The notes below the pieces were generated by a model. It saw nothing but the letters and a program-made list of their open reading frames with translations. It did not search any database and had not been told where the DNA came from. From a virus (Duplodnaviria; Caudoviricetes), in the IMG/VR virus record IMGVR_UViG_3300012964_000011, positions 1 to 58,978 of that record: a DNA stretch of 58,978 nt; one strand, written 5' to 3'. Each line of letters opens with the position of its first letter. The stretch's first letter is position 1. Positions 8,505 through 17,787 of this stretch are shown here, piece after piece. The position numbers were made by a program, and so were the translations under genes.

Positions 8505-10292
8505 ATGTCTTTACAAAGGATTCAGCTGCACGTAATAGACAGTTGGGAAGAAGCTTGTAAATTCATCTCCTGGGCAGCAACACGGGATGCCCAGGGGAGT
8601 GTAGGAGTCGACACAGAGACGACAGGATTGAACAGGCAAACAGACCGGCCACGGACGATCCAGGTGGGGGGAAGAGAGCACGGATGGTGCATTCCTGTAG
8701 AAGGACCTAACGGGTTTACGGGAATTTTCTCAGAATTCGTACGTTCATACACAGGACAATACATCATGCACAATGCAGTGATTGATAGGCTGATGCTTGA
8801 AAAGATAGGCATCAGGCTGCCAAAGCATCGCATTGGTGATACACGCGTAATGTCTCATATCTTGGAGCCTGACAAGCACACAGCACTAAAAGAACAGGCC
8901 GCTAGGCATGTAGACAAGGGAGCAGCAGAAGCCAGTCATCGCCTGGACAAGGCACTGGGAACCGGTGAAGACGGTTACACATGGGCAACCATCCCATTGG
9001 ATTTCGGGCCATATTGGCAATATGCAGGTTTGGATACCATCCTTACCATACATCTGTATGACCACCACTGGCCACTGGTCCAGGGTGAAGCACCTAAGTC
9101 GTATGATCTAGAGATGGCTGCACAGTGGATCACGGCAGCCATGACTGTTAAAGGCGCACGTGTAGACGTGCCATACGCACGTAAGGCAAAGGATGAACTA
9201 GCTGAGATTGTTACAAGTCTCAGATATGAGATCGAATCAGACTACGACTTCAGTCCAGGCAGCAACAAGAAGATCATTGCATATCTGCAAAGTGATGGAA
9301 TCAACTTTGAAAAGAAGACCAAAGGTGGGGCGTTATCACTGGACGCTGAAGTACTGGCGTCTATCGACCACCCATTAGCAAATCAGGTTTTGCGCTATCG
9401 TAAGGCACAAAAGCTGGTGTCCACATATCTAGAGCACTTCTGCACAGAAACAGATGCTGATAGTCGAATCCATCCAACCATCAATAATCTTGGCGCTAGG
9501 ACAGGACGTATGTCCATGTCTAAGCCAAATATGCAAAACTTACCCAGGGTGTCAGAGGGTGACTCCGACTCTCTGTACGTGCGTAACTCAATAGTCTCCT
9601 CTCCCGGACACACGTTGGTCCTCTGTGATTTCTCTCAGATTGAGATGCGCATATTGGCGTCATACTCCAAGTGCGCACAAATGATCAACGCATTTAAGAG
9701 TCCAGAGGACTTCTTCGTTACTTTAGCACAACAGATATTTAAGGATAGTGCAATTGACAAAGGTGATAGTCGCAGACGTCTAGTCAAGAACGGATGCTAC
9801 GCCCGGATATATGGTGCCGGACCTGGGAAGTTCGCTCGCACCGCGCGCGTAACAGCGCAAGCATCACACGACTTTTTTAGTCGGTTCAACCTGTATTATC
9901 CAGAAGTAGACAAGTTTGTCAGAGCGATCGAATCTACCGCGTGGAAACGTTTCAGATCAGAGAAGCAAGCGTATGCCAGATCTCTGATAACCAGACGTAG
10001 ATTTGTGGCTGATCCAGGTAGGATCTATGCACTACTCAACTACCTGATCCAGGGATGTGCAGCTGAAATTCTCAAGCTTAAACTGGTAGAGCTTGACGCA
10101 ATTGGGCTTGGAAAGTACATGATTCTACCTGTTCATGATGAAATTATCATGGATGTTCCGGATGATGAGGTTTCGAGTGTCATAGATAGTCTGCATGATA
10201 TTATGCATGATGATAGCATTTTAGACGTCCCTATCACTGCTACCGTAGCTACTGGTCGCAGGTGGGGAACCAAGAGTGAGATAGCCTGGTAA
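8505..10292 (+). CDS. polA: family A DNA polymerase (3'-5' exonuclease plus polymerase)
   Basis: VDTETTGL Exo I, TGRMS..PNMQNLP, DFSQIEMR motif A, K...Y..IYG motif B, VHDEI motif C. Confidence 0.95.
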   Translation: MSLQRIQLHVIDSWEEACKFISWAATRDAQGSVGVDTETTGLNRQTDRPRTIQVGGREHGWCIPVEGPNGFTGIFSEFVRSYTGQYIMHNAVIDRLMLEKIGIRLPKHRIGDTRVMSHILEPDKHTALKEQAARHVDKGAAEASHRLDKALGTGEDGYTWATIPLDFGPYWQYAGLDTILTIHLYDHHWPLVQGEAPKSYDLEMAAQWITAAMTVKGARVDVPYARKAKDELAEIVTSLRYEIESDYDFSPGSNKKIIAYLQSDGINFEKKTKGGALSLDAEVLASIDHPLANQVLRYRKAQKLVSTYLEHFCTETDADSRIHPTINNLGARTGRMSMSKPNMQNLPRVSEGDSDSLYVRNSIVSSPGHTLVLCDFSQIEMRILASYSKCAQMINAFKSPEDFFVTLAQQIFKDSAIDKGDSRRRLVKNGCYARIYGAGPGKFARTARVTAQASHDFFSRFNLYYPEVDKFVRAIESTAWKRFRSEKQAYARSLITRRRFVADPGRIYALLNYLIQGCAAEILKLKLVELDAIGLGKYMILPVHDEIIMDVPDDEVSSVIDSLHDIMHDDSILDVPITATVATGRRWGTKSEIAW

Positions 10293-10294
10293 GT

Positions 10295-10771
10295 ATGACA
10301 CATTTGCGTATTCTTGGCATTGATCCTGGAAAGTGCACAGGATTAGCGTTGATCACAGAGAGTGGATTCAGAGCATGGCAAGTAACGGATCGCATAGTTC
10401 CGGCGATCCTGGAAGTCATCCGAGAAAATGTTCCATGTCACATAGCATGTGAACGTTTCGTGCATGGAATGCGCAGTGTCAGGAATACATCACAAAACAG
10501 TGCTGCTATAGTCGTAAACGCGTTGTCCGTACAGTGTGAAGCGCTCGGGATCCCATTCGAGCGTCAGGCTGCCGGAGAAGCCAAGCTACTGTCAAACAAC
10601 TTGTTGCAACGTGTCGGCTTGTACACTGTGCACAAAGAGCACGCTAATGACGCGGCTAAGCATGCGCTATTCTATCTACTCAAACATTACCCAACAGAAT
10701 ACCATAATATGATAACAACTGGACATCTGTACCCAGAAGAGTCAAATGATCCAAAGGAATCAAATGCCTAA
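10295..10771 (+). CDS. RuvC-like Holliday junction resolvase
   Basis: ILGIDPG, CERF, HANDAAKH. Confidence 0.8.
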   Translation: MTHLRILGIDPGKCTGLALITESGFRAWQVTDRIVPAILEVIRENVPCHIACERFVHGMRSVRNTSQNSAAIVVNALSVQCEALGIPFERQAAGEAKLLSNNLLQRVGLYTVHKEHANDAAKHALFYLLKHYPTEYHNMITTGHLYPEESNDPKESNA

Positions 10772-12593
10772 TGCAGACATTAAAGATGGAAAGATCATAG
10801 TCACAGCGTCTTGGCAAGAAAAAGACCTCCTGGTAACTGTACCTGGATCTAGGTACCACAAACTGTCCAACAGATGGGAGTTTCCCCTATCCTGGGCAAC
10901 TTGCATGACGTTGCGTGGAGTGTTTGGTAAGTCTCTTATCATATCTAGAGAACTCAATGAATGGGCAAAACAGGAACTAGCAGTACGTGTAACACCATCC
11001 GAAACACTCAGAGACTGCGTAGACGGTGGACCAAATGCTGTTAGTGGTTTGTATCCGTTTCAGTCATCTTGTGTAGAATTTGGGAAGGTTGCAAGTGACT
11101 TCCTACTATGTGATGAAATGGGTCTAGGAAAAACCATCCAGATTTTATCATTACTTCGAGTCATACATTCTGAAAAACAGGATGTATTACCAGCTATTGT
11201 CATATGCCCGAATTCCGTTAAGGAATCCTGGAATCAGGAATCCAGGAAGTGGTTTCCCGCAGCATCCATCTACGTAGTTTCAGGAACAGCTGCCAAACGC
11301 ACCAAGACGCTCACAGAGGCGTCTAAAGACCCAACTGCACTGGTAGTCATCAACACAGAATCTGTGCGTCTCTACAGTCGTCTGGCGCCGTACGGCAGCA
11401 TCAAGTTGTCACGATGCCGAGAGTGTGATCCAAGGGTAGGGGAAGAGATCAAGTCTTCCCGATGTGACGTACACCCTAAGATCCTCAACAGTATTCAGTT
11501 CAGATCAGTCATTGTAGATGAAATCCATCGTTGTAAAGATCCACACTCAAAGCAAACCCGGGCTGTATGGAATGTGGCACATCAACCGTCAGTGCAACGT
11601 CGCATTGGGATGACCGGCACTCCTATTGCCAATCACCCAGGGGAACTCTGGAGTGTGATGCATGCAATTAGCCCGGAAGAGTACCCGTCCCGGTTGAAGT
11701 TCATAGACCGGTACTGCCAACTGGCGTACAACCCGTACGCAGGGATGGACATCGTTGGACTCAAACCAGATACCGTTGAAGAATTCCGTAAATTCTTCAA
11801 TCCGCGGTTCCGTAGAATTTTGAAATCACGAGTACTTCCGCAATTGCCAAAGAAGGTACGTAGTTACCACTTCGTAGACATGTCACCAAAGCAAACTAAA
11901 GCATACAAAGAGATATCAGACATTTTACAAACTGAATTACCAGATGGCTCACTACTATCTACTCCTGGACATCTAGAGCGCAGACTGCGTCTACTTCAAC
12001 TGGCGCAAGCAAACGTGGAAATTGACAAACACGATTCGTGTGACTGGCAAGATTGGACTGTCAATCTGGTTGAACCATGTCCAAAGCTGGATGCGTTAGA
12101 GCTGATCATAGAATCTCTCGCTAGTGCACCGTTCGTAGTGTGCGCTCAGTCCAGACAACTGATAGACCTAGCTGCCACCCGTCTCACTACCATTGGACTT
12201 CCCTATGGAATGATTGTTGGGGACATGCGAGAGGCACATCGTAACCAAGCTCTGGAGGACTTCCAGTCCGGCAAAACGCAGTGTCTGCTGTTCACCATAC
12301 AGGCTGGTGGTACGGGCCTCACCATGACCAGAGCCGGCACCATGGTGAGGCTCATGCGCTCAGACAGCATGGTGAACAACCTGCAAGTTGAGGATAGGAT
12401 CCACCGTATTGGATCAGAACAGCATGAAAGTGTACATATAATTGATGTCGTCACTCGTAATACTGTTGAAGATGAGCAAATAGGAAATTTACAAAAGAAG
12501 ATGGAAAGACTAGACCAAATTACCCAGGATAACTCACGAACTGACATGCTTGATGCTGAGTACCAACAAATAATTACTTCTACGCTCATTTAG
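10764..12593 (+). CDS. SNF2-family helicase
   Basis: DEMGLGKT, VDEIH, MTGTP, GGTGLTM, QVEDRIHRIG. Confidence 0.9.
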   Translation: MPNADIKDGKIIVTASWQEKDLLVTVPGSRYHKLSNRWEFPLSWATCMTLRGVFGKSLIISRELNEWAKQELAVRVTPSETLRDCVDGGPNAVSGLYPFQSSCVEFGKVASDFLLCDEMGLGKTIQILSLLRVIHSEKQDVLPAIVICPNSVKESWNQESRKWFPAASIYVVSGTAAKRTKTLTEASKDPTALVVINTESVRLYSRLAPYGSIKLSRCRECDPRVGEEIKSSRCDVHPKILNSIQFRSVIVDEIHRCKDPHSKQTRAVWNVAHQPSVQRRIGMTGTPIANHPGELWSVMHAISPEEYPSRLKFIDRYCQLAYNPYAGMDIVGLKPDTVEEFRKFFNPRFRRILKSRVLPQLPKKVRSYHFVDMSPKQTKAYKEISDILQTELPDGSLLSTPGHLERRLRLLQLAQANVEIDKHDSCDWQDWTVNLVEPCPKLDALELIIESLASAPFVVCAQSRQLIDLAATRLTTIGLPYGMIVGDMREAHRNQALEDFQSGKTQCLLFTIQAGGTGLTMTRAGTMVRLMRSDSMVNNLQVEDRIHRIGSEQHESVHIIDVVTRNTVEDEQIGNLQKKMERLDQITQDNSRTDMLDAEYQQIITSTLI

Positions 12594-12603
12594 GAGCATA
12601 GTT

Positions 12604-13566
12604 ATGTTTGAAGTGATGTTACCAAAAGATGACAAAGGAATTCGGGAGATCTCGAACTCAGAGATCCAGACATTCAAGCAATGTAGACGAAAGTGGTGGT
12701 TGAAGTACTCCAGAGGTCTACGGCGTAGAGATGAACTACCAATCTCTGCGATGGCTACAGGTACCCGGATACATTCCGCACTAGAGCACTATTACCAGTC
12801 AGAGTGTGACGTCAACATGCTGATGACTGGGCTTGAACTAGCCATTGAGCAAGACAAAAATCGCATCGTAGAGATGCTTGGAGGCGGATTCCTTCTAGAT
12901 GCGGCACTCAAGACGTTTGTGAAAGCTGCCAACCTTGAACGCGCCATGGTTCAGGGCTACAGTGAATGGATCCAGGAGACGGGAGCTGATTCTACTATTG
13001 AAGTGATTGGGACCGAACTTAAACTATCATACCCGTGCGTAATGAATTTTGGAAAGATACATTTGATCGGTAAAATAGATATTCTTGTTAAAGACTACAG
13101 AGATGGGAGAGTATACATAATAGACACAAAAACTTGCGCATCTTTTGAGCAGTTCACGAAGACTGCCCACATATCAGAACAACCAAAATTCTACCAATAC
13201 CTAGCACAACATACATTACCAGACGAACAACATGCGTCTGGTGCAATTTTCAATTTACTGAAGAAAGTAGGCAGAACCGCAAGAGCTAAGCCACCGTTTT
13301 ATATGAGACATACAGTACATAATAATCCGCAAACTATCTCGTCTCTTGCTTCTGGACTTCCTAATGTTTTGAATGATATTCGCAAAGAGGAAACCAGAGG
13401 AGTACACTACCCGTCACCTACAGGTAGTTGTGTGTGGACCTGCCCATTCTTTGCTATCTGCCACAAGTTTGATGATGGATACCACGTAGAAGAACTTCTC
13501 GCAGAGCAGTACACTGTCAGTGATCCTAACTCCTACTATGGGACCACAGATGACCATACGGATTAG
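12604..13566 (+). CDS. Cas4/RecB-like PD-(D/E)XK exonuclease
   Basis: SNSEIQTFKQCRRKW, GTRIH, GKID, IDTKT, C-terminal C..C.F..IC. Confidence 0.85.
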   Translation: MFEVMLPKDDKGIREISNSEIQTFKQCRRKWWLKYSRGLRRRDELPISAMATGTRIHSALEHYYQSECDVNMLMTGLELAIEQDKNRIVEMLGGGFLLDAALKTFVKAANLERAMVQGYSEWIQETGADSTIEVIGTELKLSYPCVMNFGKIHLIGKIDILVKDYRDGRVYIIDTKTCASFEQFTKTAHISEQPKFYQYLAQHTLPDEQHASGAIFNLLKKVGRTARAKPPFYMRHTVHNNPQTISSLASGLPNVLNDIRKEETRGVHYPSPTGSCVWTCPFFAICHKFDDGYHVEELLAEQYTVSDPNSYYGTTDDHTD

Positions 13567-13729
13567 TGAACAAGGCACAGAACTACTCAAAAACCTGAAA
13601 CAAGATCACAAAGAGACACTACATGCACTACAAATACTGCACAAAATACTAATGGAGATCATCCGTGACAAACCAGAAATCAACAGACCAGAAACCAGCA
13701 AACCTATCGAACACACTGTTCACTCCTGA
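13550..13729 (+). CDS. small hypothetical protein
   Basis: Fills the gap between two genes, GGGA RBS; overlaps the next gene. Confidence 0.35.
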   Translation: MTIRISEQGTELLKNLKQDHKETLHALQILHKILMEIIRDKPEINRPETSKPIEHTVHS

Positions 13730-14480
13730 AGAGTCCCTGTCCTTGCTCATATTCGGGGACCCTAAGGTAGGAAAGAGCACGCTTGCGACCACCGTTCCGT
13801 ATCCTGCCCTGATCATTGACTCAGAGGGTAGTTGGAAGTTCATTAGACGCAGAGGATTCAATGGTGATTTGATCCGTAAAGTCACCTGGAATCCAGGGGG
13901 GGAACTTCCTACCAATAATGGTTCCTGGGATATTTGTATCTCCAAGATAACCTCTTGGGGGGAATTTGAAACCGTGTACAACCGGCTGATCACAGGAAAT
14001 CACGAGTTCGCTACCGTAGTAATCGACTCAATATCAGATGTTCAGAGGCGCTGTAAGCGCAATCTGGTGCAAGGAGATAGTAAGGCCGAGTGGGATGATT
14101 GGGGTACGCTCCTGACCACAATGGATAATCGTGTACAGTCCCTGCGTGACCTCCCACTAGTTACCGGATCGCCGACTCGGTGCGTGCTCTTCATCGCCGA
14201 GAAAGATCTAGATGACCGTTCAAAGAAGTACGGTCCGGCTCTAGAAGGGGCATTTCGCAGAATTCTACCGCATATGGTAGACATATCTGGATACCTCGGA
14301 GTCGGTGACTCCACCAAGAAGGATGAACACGGTAAGCCCATTCGTGTTCAGAAACTAGGAATCGGACGATCAAATCTCTACGTAACCGGAGAACGTGTAC
14401 AAGGTGCATTACCAAATACGCTGGAAAATCCAGACATATCTCAAATGATGATTGACATCTATAGGAATGCTAATAACTGA
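13665..14480 (+). CDS. AAA_24 / Sak4-like ATPase (recombination)
   Basis: GDPKVGKS Walker A, IDSEG, VIDSIS; lies between the nuclease and the SSB. Confidence 0.8.
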   Translation: MTNQKSTDQKPANLSNTLFTPEESLSLLIFGDPKVGKSTLATTVPYPALIIDSEGSWKFIRRRGFNGDLIRKVTWNPGGELPTNNGSWDICISKITSWGEFETVYNRLITGNHEFATVVIDSISDVQRRCKRNLVQGDSKAEWDDWGTLLTTMDNRVQSLRDLPLVTGSPTRCVLFIAEKDLDDRSKKYGPALEGAFRRILPHMVDISGYLGVGDSTKKDEHGKPIRVQKLGIGRSNLYVTGERVQGALPNTLENPDISQMMIDIYRNANN

Positions 14481-14527
14481 CCTAGGCACCAGAAAACAAC
14501 ACATACCAAACTGAAAGGCTCAAAACA

Positions 14528-14998
14528 ATGACATCTATCAACTGGGATGATTTGGCTTCCAGAGCTGAAGAGGCTGAGAAACCAGTATCGGAGGGTAAAC
14601 ACCTATTCCGGGTAACTAGTGCAACCGCAACTGAAACAAAAGATGGAACACCAAAACTGTCCCTACTGCTACATGTCATCGGAGATGACCCGCAGGTTGG
14701 TAAGTCGGTTTTCGGTACCATCGTTCTTGGCGGGAAAGACCCTCAGATACGATTCATGTTCCGGCATCTAGGAGCTTTCGGGATCACCTCAAAGTTCTTG
14801 AGGGACAACAAGCCGTCTCCAGAACAGCTGGCACAGATGTTGGAAGGGCGCCAAATTGGCGCTGAAATCAAGCATACGACTTGGGAAAAGGAACTACAGG
14901 CAACTATTAAGAACTACGTCCCAGTAGAGGACGCAGAACCAGTTGAGATGCCGTCCGCGAAAGATAGCACATCAGCAGACGATGATTACGCATTCTGA
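14528..14998 (+). CDS. single-stranded DNA-binding protein (DUF669-like)
   Basis: Beta-rich core, acidic aromatic tail DDDYAF, position after the Sak4-like gene. Confidence 0.65.
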   Translation: MTSINWDDLASRAEEAEKPVSEGKHLFRVTSATATETKDGTPKLSLLLHVIGDDPQVGKSVFGTIVLGGKDPQIRFMFRHLGAFGITSKFLRDNKPSPEQLAQMLEGRQIGAEIKHTTWEKELQATIKNYVPVEDAEPVEMPSAKDSTSADDDYAF

Positions 14999-15004
14999 GT
15001 AGTT

Positions 15005-15050
15005 ACACGTCAAAGCCCGTAGAAGACACACTCTACGGGCTTTGACGTGT
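15005..15050 (+). terminator. 19-bp stem hairpin ending the replication operon
   Basis: ACACGTCAAAGCCCGTAGA / TCTACGGGCTTTGACGTGT. Confidence 0.75.
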
Positions 15051-15070
15051 CTGTAACAGCTTGGTACCAT
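15042..15070 (+). promoter_or_regulatory. leaderless promoter whose -35 box lies in the terminator arm
   Basis: TTGACG-N17-TACCAT-N7-ATG(15078). Confidence 0.65.
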
Positions 15071-15077
15071 GTCTACT

Positions 15078-15368
15078 ATGGCTGAAGATCAAACAACCAA
15101 AGTTCGCAATCCTAGAGGCCCATCGCTGCACACTGTGCAGCGGGCAGAGGAGCTGTTAAAGGCTATTACTGAGAATCCAGGTGGGACGGTAGGTGAATAC
15201 GCCAGGATCCTGGGTAGGGATACTAGGTACGTATCCCCTGGACTCACACACCTCGCAAAGAGCGGAAAGATCGTACATGTTCACTTTGATAGCGCTCATA
15301 GATATTACTTGACTGGCAGTTCTCCGTATGATACTGTTACATCAGTACAAGATACAGAGATAAGCTAG
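15078..15368 (+). CDS. winged-helix DNA-binding protein
   Basis: AITENPGGTVGEYARILG...LTHLAKSGKI pattern. Confidence 0.6.
   Translation: MAEDQTTKVRNPRGPSLHTVQRAEELLKAITENPGGTVGEYARILGRDTRYVSPGLTHLAKSGKIVHVHFDSAHRYYLTGSSPYDTVTSVQDTEIS
15309..15337 (+). promoter_or_regulatory. promoter for the structured RNA locus
   Basis: TTGACT-N17-TACTGT about 40 nt upstream of the first tRNA-like element. Confidence 0.55.
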
Positions 15369-15377
15369 TTCGTAGTT

Positions 15378-15453
15378 TGGTCTGTAGGTTAATGGGCAAA
15401 CCACAACAGAACGCGCGTAGATGTTGATAAGGGTTCGAATCCCTTCAGACCAA
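15378..15453 (+). tRNA. tRNA-like element with a 13-nt anticodon loop; no assignable isotype
   Basis: Acceptor TGGTCTG/CAGACCA, D arm GGTT/AACC, T arm AAGGG-TTCGAAT-CCCTT; CAACA/TGTTG stem around GAACGCGCGTAGA; no CCA. Confidence 0.7.
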
Positions 15454-15454
15454 C

Positions 15455-16056
15455 GAAACATGCTGCATTAGTAGCATGTTCATTGACAATTACATAGAAT
15501 CCGGAAACGAACTGCCATTTTAGATGCGAAATGTGCGTTTAGATTTGATCATTCGATCAAATCTAAACTATAGCAGAGTAAGTCTTCCTGGCAGGTGACA
15601 CAAGGATGTGTGGCATCACGGTAAACTGCCGGTTTAGACTGTAGTGTAATAGCAGCACTTCCGACGCAATCGGAAAGAGTAGGTGCGAGTCCTACCAGTC
15701 TAACGTGTCACGAATCCCATTGCGAAAGTTGGGACGCGAGGAAACCAAGCGAAACGTAAACCTGTTGACAACTGCACCGTTGATGTGTTTGACATCACAT
15801 CATCAAACTAGTTGTGGCGAGATACTACAGAGAATTGATCTAGAGCAGTGGCTCTGTTTGAGGGAGCAATACCCTCGTATCTCACGAGAGTGACATGATC
15901 TGGACATTAGATGTCCAGATCCGAAAAGATCAATTCAAAGTACTATAAATCACCTAAAAATCCATCTAAAATGTAAAACCAGCACCGAGATCGAAGTAAG
16001 CCATTAATACCCTGTCCGGAAGCTGCCTCGGAGCGTGACCGGATGGATGAGTTCAT
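15455..16056 (+). ncRNA. candidate large structured non-coding RNA(s)
   Basis: No credible ORF; dense nested helices, including GTGACAC/GTGTCAC enclosing tRNA-like element 2 and GAATTGATCT/AGATCAATTC closing a four-hairpin junction. Confidence 0.55.
15635..15703 (+). tRNA. short tRNA-like element, at best an atypical tRNA-Cys(GCA)
   Basis: Acceptor TAGACTG/CAGTCTA, D arm GTGT/GCAC, T arm GTAGG-TGCGAGT-CCTAC; TTCCGA-CGCAA-TCGGAA arm lacks U33; no CCA. Confidence 0.6.
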
Positions 16057-16099
16057 CTATTATCACTCCTGATTGATGAGCATTCAGGAGTGATAATAG
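16057..16099. terminator. 16-bp stem hairpin at the end of the RNA locus
   Basis: CTATTATCACTCCTGA / TCAGGAGTGATAATAG. Confidence 0.6.
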
Positions 16100-16351
16100 T
16101 GTGTAGACAACTTTAGATCTCAAAATTATAGAGGAGTAATCCATGACAATTTGTGGTGCGTATTGCCCACATGGCGGAGTTTGTCTGCTGGAGAAAGGGC
16201 ACGAAGAGTATCACGACACTGGTTTCTGCAAGTTCAATGACAAAGAAGCCATCGGCAAAGAAGAAGCCGATGCGATGCTAGATCCTGATAGCCTCATGAC
16301 GGAAGTATTCAAACGATTCACCTGATGAGTGATAATAGTATGTAGACAACT
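16088..16351 (+). repeat. 25-bp direct repeat upstream of two consecutive genes (16088-16112, 16327-16351)
   Basis: GAGTGATAATAGT(G/A)TGTAGACAACT; contains a GATAAT -10-like box. Confidence 0.75.
16143..16325 (+). CDS. small Cys/His-rich hypothetical protein
   Basis: GAGGAG RBS; C...C..GGVC.L.KGH...H. Confidence 0.6.
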   Translation: MTICGAYCPHGGVCLLEKGHEEYHDTGFCKFNDKEAIGKEEADAMLDPDSLMTEVFKRFT

Positions 16352-16368
16352 ACCGTTAAGGAGTTCAC

Positions 16369-16695
16369 ATGTCTTTAAGCAGAAATTTATATTTTCATCC
16401 TGAAAAAAGCGGTATGACTGTTGTCAGCAGTATTGATTGGTCAACCGAAAATTACGAGTTCGACCTAACCGTGGTCTGGTTTAAAGATGGAACGTATATG
16501 TACGGAGAGGACGCTGGATGCTCTTGTCCAGAAGAATTTGGGGATCATGTACTAGAGTCACTTATACCGATACGCACTAAACAGGACAAGGCAAGATTTA
16601 AAGAACATTTGCATTCACGATCTCGAAATGCTGCCTACGATTCGTCTGTCTATGCAGAACGAATCGTAGGAATGTTATCTCGTATCGAACTATAG
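16369..16695 (+). CDS. hypothetical phage protein
   Basis: AAGGAG RBS; YEFDLTVVW...DAGCSCP. Confidence 0.65.
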   Translation: MSLSRNLYFHPEKSGMTVVSSIDWSTENYEFDLTVVWFKDGTYMYGEDAGCSCPEEFGDHVLESLIPIRTKQDKARFKEHLHSRSRNAAYDSSVYAERIVGMLSRIEL

Positions 16696-17784
16696 TCACT
16701 TGCACGTCTTTAGAGTCTCAGACTTCGAAGTCTGAGACTCTCTTTGTATGTCGTAGGCTCGTGTCCATGCGTCCCACCACCGGGTAGCGTGGTTTTCCAG
16801 TACTAGATGCTCACGAACGATCTCACGCCCTTTAGCGGACATCTCCTGCCGGTACACAGCGTCGTCAGCGAGATGCTTGACTTCCCGGTACCACTCAGCT
16901 GGTTTCTCCGCCAGAATTCCGATACCCAGGGTGTGAATGCGTCGGTACTCGACCCGAGGCGACATCACGCAGGGAACACCGACAGACGCGTACTCCAAAG
17001 GTTTCAACCAACTTTTCGCAGTGTTAAATTCTGACATTGCCAATGGAGCAACACCAACGCCAATTTTAGTGATCATTGATGGCCAGTCTTCAAACGCTGT
17101 GGTTCCTAGACTCCTAGGAAGCTTTGGAAGATCAATAAGTGTATCTAGTCCAGTTAATGATCCAATAGTTACTGTCTCGTACCCTTCACGCATCAAACGT
17201 CCAAGGGATCCACGTAGACGTGTCAAATCTGCACTGTGACAGAAGATGCTGCCTCCGTATCCAATGACAGCTGAGTCCTCGTGTTGGACATCCAGGTAGC
17301 GCCGAGGTACATAGTTGTAGATGACCTCGCCTCGACCATGAGGTGCGTACTTTCGTAGCAGCGCCGGAGTGGACGTCACTACGTACGTGGCATCTTTCAT
17401 TGCTTGCCTGGCATACGATGCCGTATGCGGATTCTTTATCTGCTCAAACCGTTTGCGAAGTCCGTATGACGCAGGGTTGTTAGGATCCACAGTATCTAGA
17501 TCGTCATCTAATTCACAAACGACTGCCGTACCCTGTGCACGGATCAGAGATATTGACTGCATTAGATACCTGTGTGTCGGACGTTGAAACACCATAACGT
17601 CCGCATCTTCTGGATATCTGCATGCAATTACATTATTATCGTATATATCACAATCTATCCTGGATTTCTCTCCTGGATACTCAATATGCACGTCATAGCC
17701 TAGCCGCTGCAATTCCAGCGCAGCCATTATGATCCGGTACTGCCCGCACCCAAACCGGTCAGCTGGATAGACATAGACCCGCAC
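16696..17784 (-). CDS. GT-B fold (GT4-like) glycosyltransferase
   Basis: GCGQYRI, VFQR, ELDDDL, VGVAPL..FN.AKS.LK.LEYASVGVP. Confidence 0.85.
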   Translation of the reverse strand: MRVYVYPADRFGCGQYRIIMAALELQRLGYDVHIEYPGEKSRIDCDIYDNNVIACRYPEDADVMVFQRPTHRYLMQSISLIRAQGTAVVCELDDDLDTVDPNNPASYGLRKRFEQIKNPHTASYARQAMKDATYVVTSTPALLRKYAPHGRGEVIYNYVPRRYLDVQHEDSAVIGYGGSIFCHSADLTRLRGSLGRLMREGYETVTIGSLTGLDTLIDLPKLPRSLGTTAFEDWPSMITKIGVGVAPLAMSEFNTAKSWLKPLEYASVGVPCVMSPRVEYRRIHTLGIGILAEKPAEWYREVKHLADDAVYRQEMSAKGREIVREHLVLENHATRWWDAWTRAYDIQRESQTSKSETLKTCK

Positions 17785-17787
17785 TAC

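Noticed and set aside
12604-13566. CRISPR-Cas system suggested by the Cas4-like gene
   Set aside because: No repeat-spacer array or other cas genes; it sits in a nuclease-ATPase-SSB recombination module
15570-15630. RNase P RNA, tmRNA or SRP RNA (ACGGTAAACT resembles part of RNase P)
   Set aside because: No GAGGAAAGUCC/P4 partner, no tmRNA tag frame or CCA end, and no SRP domain IV motif visible
15705-15893. 62-aa ORF in the RNA locus
   Set aside because: No RBS or motif; the region is better explained by RNA helices
15890-15936. Hammerhead ribozyme (stem followed by CGAAA)
   Set aside because: The required CUGANGA core is missing
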